A stretch of 64,000 nucleotides of DNA, taken from the human T2T-CHM13v2.0 reference genome, Homo sapiens. A program made the position numbers and the translations under genes. The DNA is taken from NCBI RefSeq assembly GCF_009914755.1, contig NC_060937.1; one strand, given 5' to 3'. The notes beneath the pieces were generated by a model. The model did not search any database, was not told the origin of the DNA, and saw nothing but the letters and a program-made list of their open reading frames with translations. Every line of letters begins with the position of its first letter. Positions within the stretch are counted from its first letter, which is position 1. Of the stretch, positions 28,550 through 40,659 are shown piece by piece.

Positions 28550-29720
28550 CCAGGTGAGTCCCCCGGCCCCGGGGGTGTGGCGGGCGTCACCCGTTGTCCG
28601 GGCACACACCCCGCAGACCCAATCCTAGCCCGCTGGCTAGACCATGGAGGGCCGCTGGGTGCAGCCACAGAGCGCGGGGCCCCGGCGACCCCGCCCCGCT
28701 CCGCGTCACTCGGCGCCCTGCGGCGCGCGATGAGCACCTACCACTAGCGGAGCCGCGAGGGAGAGGCCGCGGCCCCTTCCCGTTGCCTGCGGCCACCGGC
28801 CGGCATTCAGAGCCCCTCGCCTGGCGCTAAATTTAAAAACGTAACACGAGCAGCAGGCTGGTCTCGGAAACGAAACGAAATTCGGTCCCTGGGCCTCCTC
28901 CCGGGCGCTGCCGGTCCCTCAGCGCGCCGCGCCACCCGGAACAGACCCTTCTCCCGCCATTTTCGGCGGGGCTGGGAGACTGAGGCCCGCGGCGCTGAGC
29001 CTGCGGCGCCCCGGAAGAGGCGGGCGGCATGGCCGCTGGCGTGGACTGCGGGGACGGGGTTGGCGCCCGGCAGCACGTGTTCCTGGTTTCAGGTAAACAC
29101 GCGCGCCCGGGCGGCGGGGTCGGCCCAAGAACTGGCGGAGCGGCCCGCGACCCCGGGCGCGCCGCCCCCCACCCCGGTGGCTCCCACTACCCGGCCCGGC
29201 GCGGGATGGGATTCTCTCTGGGACAGCTGGCCCCGCATTTTGGTCACACGTCATAGCAAGCCGCGGTTTTCAAACCCGGAAGCGCCGAAAAGGACCGAGC
29301 GTGTTTCCCGGGCCCTGATCCCCGGTGGCTCGGGTGGGAGGGTGGAAGCCGACTCAGCCTGAGGGGAGCCACGCGGGTTCGCGGTCACCGGTGCGCTGCG
29401 GGCCCCGGAGGTTTCTGCCCTTGGTGTCCCCTACCTGGCAGCTGGCCCTGCTTCTGTGATCCTACTGGGTTGGAACCAGGGATCCAGTAGGCTCGAAGTG
29501 GCCTCAGACGGTGCGCAGTTTTAAGAAAGCAAAGGGACAGGCCTGCAGTGGCGAGGCAGGAGGGAAGCGGGATGGGAGTCGCGGTTAGGCCAAGGGTAGT
29601 TCAAAGCGATTCAGCAGGATGATGACCACAGGAGTGCTGGAGCCGGGCCTTTCAGCCCCCGTGTGGATGATGACCGGCCATCCAGGACATGCGAGGGCTT
29701 GGGACAGTGGACAGCCAGTG
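28550..29720. promoter_or_regulatory. CpG island / bidirectional promoter of RNASEH2B and its antisense RNA
   Basis: Abrupt GC- and CpG-rich block spanning exon 1; GC boxes; ETS CCGGAAG 29011-29017; YY1 CCGCCATTTT 28954-28963; GGCGC-N4-TTTAAA 28823-28837. Confidence 0.93.
29029..29092 (+). CDS. RNASEH2B: RNase H2 subunit B, coding exon 1 (64 nt)
   Basis: GGCATGG start in CpG island; encodes MAAGVDCGDGVGARQHVFLVS, the RNASEH2B N-terminus; donor CAG|GTAAAC. Confidence 0.98.
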
Positions 29721-29984
29721 CCACACAAGGAAGGACCGATTAAATGACACAGTTAAAGGAATTTGGCCTAGGGAGTGCAAGCCAGAAAGGTTTGGTCTTT
29801 TTATATATGTAACATTGGAAAAAAGGAACATCTCCTGTTCCCTGTATTAAGTTTTGACTTTAGCTCAGCAAATGCAGTGTTTGTGGCAGTAAATATACTC
29901 TGATAACAATATTCTTTCCCAGGAATTTAGAGTTTTATGATGGTTATTGAAAATGTTTACATGACAGGCTGTCAATAATATTTT

Positions 29985-30600
29985 TTGCCTCTAAAAATAA
30001 AACATACATAAAGTGTACGGATTTTAAGTATGCAACTCACTGAACTTTTCATACGTATACACCACCCTAGTAACCATCCCCCAGTTCAAGATGTAGACTG
30101 TTTCCAATAACGCCTCATGCCTGTTCCTAGATAGCCCCAGGAACCTCTATGCTGACCTCTGTCACCAGAGATTAGTTTTGCCTGTTTGAATAAGAGTGTA
30201 CCCTTTGTGTCTGGCTTCTTTCACTCTGAAAGATTCATCCTTGTTGTGAAATTCATTCATGTTGTAGCAGTTGTTTGGTTGGTTGGTTAGTTTTTTCATT
30301 GCTGCTTCTGTTTAATTGTATGAGTATCCATACTATGTATCTCTACTGTGGATGGACATTTGGGTTGTTTCCAGTTTGCAACTATTACAAGTTACACTTC
30401 TCAGAGCATTCCTTTAGGCGGCTTTTGGTAGACATGGGCACTCATATCTCTAGGGTGTATACCCTGGAGTGGAATGGCTGGTTCTAGTACTTGTGTGTAG
30501 AGCTGTAGTTGACAATGTTAAATGGTTTTCCAAAGTGGTTATACTGATTTATATTCCCACAAGCAGTGTATGAGAGTTCCCATTGCTGCACATCCTCGGT
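29985..30600 (-). mobile_element. Old L1M 3' fragment
   Basis: GATGGACATTTGGGTTGTTTCCAGTTT, TTCCAAAGTGGTTATACT, CAGTGTATGAGAGTTCC. Confidence 0.8.
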
Positions 30601-31214
30601 AAAAACGTTTGGGTGGTAAAACAGCTAATGCAAAATTCAGGGTTTTGACAGAATCTCGCAAAGGGCTACCCGTATACATGCTTTTCATTAGAAAAATCAT
30701 CCTTTCTTCTCACTTCGTCACATCAAGACAATTAGATTTTCAGAGTAGGAACTCTAATCATTCTTTCAGAATCAAGTGCATTATTGTTATTTCAGATATA
30801 CACAATAGCTGATGATAATTTGAGCTTCTTATTTTGTTGTTCTGTTTAATCAGTATTGACATCGTCATTTTATACGTGTGTTTGTGTCCTTGTATTAAAC
30901 ACAAAACCCTCAAAAGAATTAAATATTGATTGTATCCCTGAAAATTGTAGGTTTTAATATATCTACTGCTGGGTTGTGGGAAGAGTTTCAGTTGAGTTTC
31001 TGTTCAGAGCTGAGATCTACTGTGACCTTTTAAGGCATTGGGGGAGGCTGAGCAGCTGTTGGAACTGCTAGAAAGAGCTGTGTGGTCAGGGGGGCAGGAA
31101 CTCTTAACAGTTAAAAACTTGAGCTACCAGCTCCTGCAATTCTTCCTTCTGGCCTTTAGCGCCACCTGCAGGCTCTGAGGGTACAACAAGGTTTGACAGC
31201 GACTGCAGTGCAAC

Positions 31215-31392
31215 ACTAGTTCTCAAACTTGAGGGCATCATTTACCTGGGGAGCTGGGCCTCAGTTCCCAGAGGTGCTGGTTCAGTAGGTCCTGGGCTGG
31301 GGCCAGAGAATGTGCATTGGTAACAAGTTCCCAAGAGATACTGATGCTGCTGGTCCGGAAACCACTGCCCCCACCCCAGGAACCACTGCAGT
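31215..31392. mobile_element. MER5A
   Basis: TAGTTCTCAAACTT...TAACAAGTTCCCA..GATACTGATGCTGCTGGTCC...GAACCACTG. Confidence 0.8.
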
Positions 31393-33879
31393 AAAGACTT
31401 TGGGAACTAGATTGGGATATAAGAATGACAAGCCTCATGTTTGGCCCTCTTTGTGGTGGGCCAGAATTTATATGGTCAAGGAAGTGCATGTAAGTGCAGA
31501 GTGTGAGGCTCATCTTCCCAGATGTAGTTGTCGTCTTTTCCAGAAGATGAGAAATCAGCCTGCTTAGTTACCCATTCGGGAGTTGGAAACGATATGCCCT
31601 TGGCTGAGGGAGCACCATACTCCAGTAAAGCTGGGCCCTTAATAAAGAAAACAAAGATTATTAAACATTTTTCAAAAGTATTTGGCGGAGGCGGCTTGTA
31701 TTCGGTTTTAGAAAACTTGGGATCTGAAGAACTTACTTTGTGTACTGAAAAGTGAGCACATGAACCCACAGGCCAACAGAACTTTAAAGGGATTTATCCG
31801 TGAGACAAGGGTAAAGATGCCTAACCTTGCAATGATACTTTTTTCCAACATTTAATTCATGCTGTTCATCGAGTTGCCTGCCACAGCACTGTGTTATATC
31901 TTGAAGGATATATTTAAATGTTTGATTTAGGTATCTTTGCCTCTAGTTTTCAGTTTGTTTGGAGAAGCTGGCTATCTCAGATAAACAAATCTGGAACTTG
32001 GAAGAGATACTGTGAGATATGCAGACTTGGGACGTTGGTTTTCATAGGCTGGTGAAGACAGAACCATTTCCCATTTCAGCAAGGCAAGCATTTCTTTTAG
32101 TTTGGGATGGTCTTAAATGTTTCTGTAAAATGGCCTGGGAATACTAGCCTGTTTGCAGTTTTAATTTCTATAAGAGGCCATTACTTTACTTTTTGGAAAG
32201 TAGTATAAGTTTCCATCCCTCTTTTTCTGCCCTAAAAGTAAATGTTTGAGTCATATTTTTAATGTTTTTCTTAAGTCCATTTTTCTTGTTAATGCTACTA
32301 AGTTGGGATGTACCCAGGTGTGAGAGGTCACCTGATTCATTGCGTTTAGAAGACTGCATTTATTGCTGTTGGGGGCTGAACAATTAATTGGGTTCATCTC
32401 CAAGGAAATGTTAATTGGGAAACCCTAACATTGTGTATTGAAAAAAAAAAAAAGAAGAAAAATCATTTCAGGCCTGTTAAAACAAAACTCATTTGGGTTC
32501 ACTTAGGCTGATTAAAATATTCCTTAATCAGCCCCCTGATTAAACAGTCCTGAGGTGAAACTGCACCTCAACTCGAATTTTCAGTTAGAGACAAGTTTTG
32601 CAATAAAGTTATCCCCCTTTATTTCATGAATATACATGTTAAAAAGTATTTTAGGAAAGATTGCACTTATTATTTATTTCTCCACAGAAAGCAGTTTCAT
32701 GGAGGTAGAGGATGGGTTGCTTTTTGGGAGATAAGAATCCCTGTCTACCTTAGACATTTCAAATACAATAACAGCTTTTTATGTGAGGCATCGTGATAAT
32801 CACAAATGATTATACCAGAGCTATCTTTCCAATTGGAATGCAAAAATAGATGTGGAAGGATTGTATAAATTCATGCATTAGAACTATGTTCTAATTAAAG
32901 GATTTAAAAAATAAATTTAAAAGGAAAAACTAATTTTCTTATTTAATGATGGAGAAAATTTATATTAATGTTATTTCTGATTACAGTCTTGAAGATTTTT
33001 TTTTTTTTTTTTGGTCCACCAACTGGCATAATTGTAGCTTTTTATAAGTCCAAAGAAATGCCTCTTGTTTTGGGGGAGGAAAAAAAGTAAAGGTTTAAAG
33101 TGTATGGCAAAGGAAGAACTACTATAGATTTAACTGACTTTTCAGTGACACTAAAAAACACTCTTTTCCCTTCTTTACCTAATGGCTCATGGTTAATCTC
33201 AGAAGAAAAAGTTAAGCAGGATTTTTGTTCTTTGTCAAAACGGTATGTATGTATATGTTTGTGTTTAGAAATATACGTGAGGGCCGAAAGCTTCCTTATT
33301 TTCAGAAGAGATGAACTTCACTTGGCACATGATAGAGAACCTGGCCAATTCAAGTGCTGATTTTAGACAACCTCGGAATAATTAAGCTCAGCTTTTTGGA
33401 AGATGTGTCATTTACCGAATAGTCTACTGCAGGCAGTCAGCAGTGTAGGAGTCTCAGAGTTTTCCAGCATAGAGCGTGTTTAACATTTTCCACATGAATC
33501 TCAGTCTGGCTTTGTTTTTGCAAAATGTTTTTCGGTGGGACCCGACTGACCTTTCTCAGATGGCCACTGGATCTGCTCCCCTTGCTATCTATCTGAGCAC
33601 GTTCTGAAGTGGATGGACTTCAGTTGCCAGTTGGTGTAATCAGGCTGTTTCCAGAGTCTGATCTTGTCCCTTTAGTAACTGTTCCAAAATACTTGGGACA
33701 TTTATAAGTAAGAACTCATGACTCCCACATATTTATCCTCCAGGTCAGAAAAAAATTCATAAAAGGAAAGCAAGCAGTGTTCATGATTTTTTATTTGAGT
33801 AACAGAATAGGGACTGCATGGATTCTCCCACATCCTCTGAGACTGTGATTTTAAAAAACAAACAACTCAGTCAGTGTGC

Positions 33880-34450
33880 TCCAAAGCCTGGCTATAATAA
33901 CACAGACTTAAAAGCTAGATTTATGCTATTTATTAGCTCTGTGTCATTGGGTGGTTTACTTCCTCACTATAAAGCCTCACTTTTGTCATCTCCACAGTGG
34001 GGAGAAGAGTACCAGTCTCATGGGGTTGTTATCTGTGGTTTGAGTTACTCATAAGCTTTCTTACACCTCAAGCTTTTAGCCCTGGGCCTGGGACAGAGTA
34101 GATATTTCAATAAATATTTACTGAACGAATAAAAGTCTCACATTCCATTTCTTCCTGCAATGTCTTTGCTTATTCTGCTTTTTCCTCCCCTTCTACTTCT
34201 ATCCAAATTCTACCCTTTCCTCAAGGTTCCATTCAACTTTATTTTCCACAAAGCTAAGCCATTTGCTCCAGCTCAGCTTCTCCGTCTTGACTTTGTGTCT
34301 GCCTGGAATCCTGCCTGCTCTTCACTTTATCTACCTGGCAAATTCCTACTTATCCTTTAAACCCAGCTCAAGTATCACCTCTACCAGGAAGCCTTCCCAT
34401 GGGTCTCTCCTCTTGTTACTGCCCAGGTTCGTGGTACCTCTTTGACCACC
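33880..34450 (+). mobile_element. MIR followed by L2 fragments
   Basis: Degenerate MIR core; TCAATAAATATTTACTGAA; TCTGCCTGGAAT...TCCTACTTATCCTTTAA. Confidence 0.6.
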
Positions 34451-36439
34451 TACACATTTCATCATGATTATTCATTTAAGTGCCATTTTTATATAAATAT
34501 GTATTGAACACCTAATACATGCCAGGAGCTAGAGAGAGTCCAAGTGTGTTTTCCCTGAGTGGCCATTTCGCTTCTCAGTGTGGGCACCTCAGCCTTCTGC
34601 TTCAGAGCACAACCTCCAAACAGTAGAGCATGTCACGTAGGATTTCCAGGCCTTTATTCAGAGCTACCTTTATGACTTCCTTGTCTAAGGATGACTGTTT
34701 GCTAAAGCAGAATGGGCCACCCCGTGGCAAGGGGATGTAAGGGATTTGGGGCTGCATGTTCTAGTCCCTGTTTCATTATCTGTCCCCGAAACAGCTAAGC
34801 TGGAGGCTGGCTTACTCCTCCGAGGGCCTAGGTCTCAACATTTGGTAAGGCTCTCCTGCATGATTGGCTACCTTTGCCTGATTGTTTTTAAAGATTTTTT
34901 GTTATTGTTGTTGCCTTTTAACCTTCTTTTGACCAGTTAACTCTACATTTACACGTTTTTCTCACAGTGGTTTTTTTTTTTGATAACTTTAAATAATTAG
35001 AATAATAATATTTACCCAGTATAGAAATTCTAGTAATATGGGGAAAAAAATAAAGAATAAAATAATTTGTCCATCATCCTCACCCAAAATAAAAATTTTG
35101 GAGATATTTCTTTCCAGTTTTTTCATGTTGTTTACATTACAAAATGAATTCCAATCTTCTTAAATTTTTTTTTCTTATTTTTCTATTTTTGCCTTTATTT
35201 CATTGTTTACCCTTACTACTTATTTAATGTAACACTAAAACACTCAGGGAGATTGGGGTTACATAAAAGTTTATATGGTGCTGTTCTACATAAAATTGGA
35301 GAAAGTTCAGTTGATTTAATAGAGGTAGGGGCTGTTTTTTTCCTCTTAATTTTGATAAGGACAGAAACTCACACAGTGATATGAAACAAGTTGACAAAGA
35401 GAATTTGTATTTTAGGCTTTGAACATTGAAGAGGTGTAATACTTATTGCTTCAGACAGTAGACAGTACATATTTGGAATGGGTTATCTTTGAAAGTGGAT
35501 AAAGATTGAAAATACAAATAGGTGCAAAAGAGGTAAAGATACATTTACAGAGCTGTATTGGACCCAATGGCAAACTAGGATGTTTCAAAAGCCATTCAAA
35601 GCAGGTTACATTTTTGAGGACAACCATAGCCTCCTGCAAACATCCCTTGGTGTGCTTTCCTGAAACCGGATACTGGTTTGAATAGCCTGTGAGTCTGCCT
35701 TAGTATGGAAATTGCCATTTTTTAATGTGGGGTCAGTGCACCTGGGTTGTGTGTTACAAAATCAAACATGAACTTCTTTGGGAGTTCCTTAGCAGGTTCA
35801 CATCCTCCCAGGAAGGAGCAGGGGTGGTGGAGAGCATAGGACATCTGGCCCTAGGGTGTTGCAGCAGCAGGAGTCCAGGGTTTCTGCCTCTCTGAGTGTT
35901 AACTTCCTCTTCTCAAACTAACTTCCTGCATTTAGTGAAAAACTGGTTTCACGTGATTCCCAAGCTGCAGATCCCCCCAGTGTCTGCTGGGAGGGGTCTC
36001 TCCTCTTAGTTCCAGTTTGAAACCTTTCAAAACAGCCTTCTGACTGGTCCTGCTGTGGTCACATGCAGTCCCACCCTCCACCACCTATTGTAGCCAGGGA
36101 GGGGCAGGCTGTAAGCACAAGGTGGGAGAGGAGGAGGACAAAGTGGGCACTTGAGGCTAAAGAGTGCTTTTCTGGAAGAAGGAAAGGGTACAGGATAGAC
36201 AGCAGAGGAACTAGCTACCACGTCGTTTCACCAGTGGGACTCTGAGCTCTGGCCAGAAACCTCAGCCACTCATGAGCTGTCTTGCCTATGGCCAACATTA
36301 GGGGTTTCTCAGTTGCTGGTAGTCTGTTTGACTGGCTTGTATATAGGTATAGCAGAGGTTTATTTGTATGGAGAATTGGGTTCTAGTTGTAACTTGTACT
36401 TGCCTTCATTTAGTCAAAGTTTGTATAATTTTTAGGAAG

Positions 36440-36660
36440 CCCAGCTTCTAGGCCTGCAACTTCTAGCTGTTATAACTTTGCAAAACACTTTCATATAATT
36501 GTATTTGACCCTCTTGATGACCTTGGGAAGCAGTTAAGGCAGGCTTTATTATCACCATTTTGCATATCAGGAAACCAAGACTCAGAGAAGTCAAGTAATC
36601 TGTCAACATACAATAGAAATCCAGTGGCAGAGACTGTCAGCTCTCTCAAGTCCTTTTCCA
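36440..36660 (-). mobile_element. MIR
   Basis: ATTATCACCATTTTGCATATCAGGAAACCAAGACTCAGAGAAGTCAAGTAA. Confidence 0.7.
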
Positions 36661-37064
36661 GGACTCCTGCATGTGCCAGAGGCCACTCTGCTGACTGAAT
36701 AATGATGCCTCACCACTGTGGGAGAGGCCAGAGGACCAGGAAAGGCTGGTCTCAAACTGCTCTCAGTTTGATGACTAGGGACCAGACATACCTCCTTCCC
36801 TGGAACCAAACCTGGTTGCTCTCAGTCACCCCAATCAGGTCTGTCTTTTCTAGCACTCCACAATTTTTCCTGCTTCCCACATAGTTCATGCTCCATCCAT
36901 GCTCCATCTCAGTATGTTTGCTGGTCTTTGTGGCTCTGAGTTGGCTGTGAACCTGAATATTTTTACTAGCTTCTTCACCAGTGCACAGGCTGTTCCTAGA
37001 AACATGGTTGTTGATAGGGACAGCCCTGAAAGAATGGAGATTTTGTCTTCTATGGTCCTGCTGA

Positions 37065-37387
<323 letters not shown>

Positions 37388-38959
37388 TCTAATTTTTATT
37401 TTTTTCTCCAAAGCTTCAAAAGAAAGTTACACTTAGAGGAATCTATTACTTCAGTAATCACATAATTTTCCTGGTGCATGTCTCTCTTGCTTTCTTGGTT
37501 TGCCTCTTGTAGTCTTTGAAGAAACAAAGAGCTTCAAAGCCAGGAAAATGACCCAGATCTCTTTGACAGCAGTGCTAATGTTTTGGGAAGTGAAGGCATA
37601 TAGTTATTACTGAAATTAGTGTTCCTGGAAGCTGCAAGTTACTTGAAAATTATGCTGATTTGTCTTGCATGCATTGTATTTGTGTCCTACCAAAGTGTTT
37701 CCAAGGAAGTATCTGGCAAACAGGCAGGAGGGTGCCGGGGCAGTGGGACGGGGAGGGTCTGAATATATTCTGATGGCTGAAGTCTAAAGAAAATGAACTG
37801 GAACCTATTTAGGACATCGTATTGCATAAGCATGAGAGTGATAATCTCATCTCTCTTTTTCTTTTTTCTATTGGATCTTCTTAAGAAACCTGAATAGCCT
37901 TGATATGATATCTAAAAATAAAGTAAATGGTGCTTTGATGTCTGTACTTTCTCCTCCATGTAACAGTGGGTGTATGTTTCTCAGAGTTTATCTCCTGTGT
38001 GCCAAAAATCAGAGAGGCTCAGGAACAAGTGTCCATTGCTTCCAAGTCATAAGAACAATTGGCAAAAATCACTTGTCTTGTGTCTTTGAACTTTAAATGC
38101 AGTGAAAAAACTTGTCTTAACCAAGAGAGGGATAAGAAAGAGCTGCCAAGTTTGAAAAACCTGCTGATAAATAACTTCATACCAACTGTACAACAACCTG
38201 TACTATATAGTCTGTAGATGAAAAATCATGTACCATTTTGGCTTGTACAATACTTTGTGGCTAACTTTAAAAAATACGGAATGGTTAAGTCTGTGCATTA
38301 ATACGTGCTGTGTAACCTAACTTCTCAGCATTATAATGTCACAGATATCTGGGGGTGGTGGGGAGAAGTATATGCAGCTATGTATAGAATATACACAGCT
38401 CTCCCTCCTTTCTCTTCCTTCTGCCCCCTGGCTGTGTGGTCTACTGGCTGGATTGCAATAGCTGGATTGCAGCTGGTTAGATGACTCTGCTGGTTTTTGA
38501 GGATGAGGAGGACAGGACAAGAGAGGGAAAATTTTAAATGTTTATATCATAGGAGAATAGTCATGTCAGAATCATTGTGTTTCCAAGCTGCAGTTTGTGC
38601 TTTTTAAGTTAAGAGGTATGGGACTTCAGATTAAGAGTTTCTTTACAGTATTATAGTTTAAAACATTGGCTCTGGATAATAGTTGACTGAGTTTAAATCC
38701 TGGCTCTATAGTTGACTTGCACTCTGACCTTCAGGCAGGTTTTTCATCCAAAAAAGTGGAAATTAACATAGCACTTATTATGTGACCAATATAGAGGACT
38801 TAAACAGTGCCTGGTAGACCGTAAATGGCCAATACATATTAGCTGTTATTTTTGATTTTACATTCATTAGACACAATTGTCTCTTTGTCACTGGTATGTT
38901 TTCTTTAAAGTACAGATGTCAGGAAAGTAGCAATCAGAGATTCCTTGTTTGTTGAGGGT

Positions 38960-39298
38960 GTTTTGTTTTGTTTTGTTTTGTTTTGTTTTGTTTTGTTTTG
39001 TTTTGACAGAGTCTTGCTCTGTCGCCCAGGCTGGAGTGCAGTGGCGTGATCTCGGCTCACTCTAACTGCCTCCTGGGTTCAAGTGATTCTTATCAAGCGA
39101 TTCTCATGCCTCAGCCTCCCAAGTAGCTGGGATTACAGGCATGTGCCACCACACCCGGCTAATTTTTGTATTTTTAGTAGAGACAGGGTTTCACCATGTT
39201 GGCCGGGCTGGTCTCTAACTCCTGGCCTCAAGTGATCTGCCTGCCTCAGCCTGATTTCACAATACTGGGATTACAAGTGTGAGCCACCGTGCCTAGCC
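38960..39298 (-). mobile_element. AluS with (TTTTG)n microsatellite tail
   Basis: Reverse Alu preceded by ~9 GTTTT units; small internal duplication TCAAG(T/C)GATTCT. Confidence 0.92.
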
Positions 39299-40659
39299 TG
39301 TGGAAGCCCAGCAGATGGAAGATTTGCTGCCAGAGTTAATGGTGACCGGTGGGATATACAATTGAATCTTTACAGAGAATATAGAGACCATGAGATAACT
39401 ACTCTGGAATCAGTTAGTTTTAAGGAACCACAGGGGCAGAGCTTGAGATAATTGGGAAGTTTAACATATTATTAAACCTAAAATGGCCAGCAAGACTGAT
39501 AGCTGCTTCTCAGTTGTCTGAGTTTTTTCTTTTTTTGTGAAAATACTTTTTTAGCCAGCATGACTTATGTCATCTCTTAGATGAGAGAAAAGAGTAAAAA
39601 AGACAAAGTGTATAGCTACTCTTTTAAAAATAGTGTTGGAAGCATAGTTTTGGAAGAAGGTGTCTCACATGAGTCAATTTTCTAGACAAGTGAAATTTGG
39701 CTCTTTTAGTATCAAAACTTGCTTTTATAATTTTTTATTGAGTTTTTTCTAAACTTGAACAATTCATTTATGTTATGTTTATTGAGTATATCTCATGTGC
39801 CAGAAACACTACTGGGTACTTTACATTGCCTTGATTTTTACATATAAAATGCATTGTGTTCTGGCTTTTAAACAAGATACACTGGTTTTAATTTAATATT
39901 TTCTTGGAAGACTAATTGTTAAGCCGTTATGTAACTCTGTGCTTAGATTTCGTGACTTTCATATTTTGATCTTATTATTCCCTACGTGTTCTCGACTTTT
40001 TCCACGTAGTTGAGGGAAGGGTTACTGATTGTTAATTGATTATTTATTATGTGTTCTAGGCACTTTCACATACATTTCATTTCAATCTAACAGAAACATG
40101 TAAAATTATTATTATACCCATTTTATAGATGACACAATGAACCACAGAGAGGTTGAGTATCTTGCACAGAGTCACACTGCTGAGTGAGGAGAGGAGCTGA
40201 GATTGGAGTATGGACCCTTCTGATTCTGGGTCCAATGTTCTTTCTATGCTGACATCATTGAAGAAATAGACATAAGTTAAAAGTAGGTTTATAGATCATG
40301 ACCCTTCCTCACACTCCCTCTTTCTTTTCTAATTCTTTCCCATTGCTGTAAAAGCAGGGTTTTCTTCTCTAATTAATTTAGCTATTCTTCACCTGTGCTA
40401 GATGCAAGTAAAAGACAGCAGAAGTTAGAAAAAGGGTGGAGCCTCCAAACCTGTTGGGTGAGAGGCTGGTCCATGAAATGACCCAGGATTTTCTCAGAGT
40501 AAATGGAAAATCTTTAACTTTGATAGAGTTAATTTATAGTTACAAGTAATTTTGTGTGCCTAATACCAGGTATAGACTAAGGAATTTATCAGAAATATTA
40601 TAGTAAATGAGCCCTTTTTCTCATACCAAGTCTTCAAAGTTCAGTGAGGGTAAATCCAC

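Noticed and set aside
28534-29362. Many overlapping ORFs on both strands
   Set aside because: Expected from stop-codon scarcity in a CpG island; only 29029-29092 is supported as coding.
29617-29675. Two copies of GGATGATGACC containing box C (RTGATGA), suggesting a C/D snoRNA
   Set aside because: No suitably placed box D (CTGA) or terminal stem.
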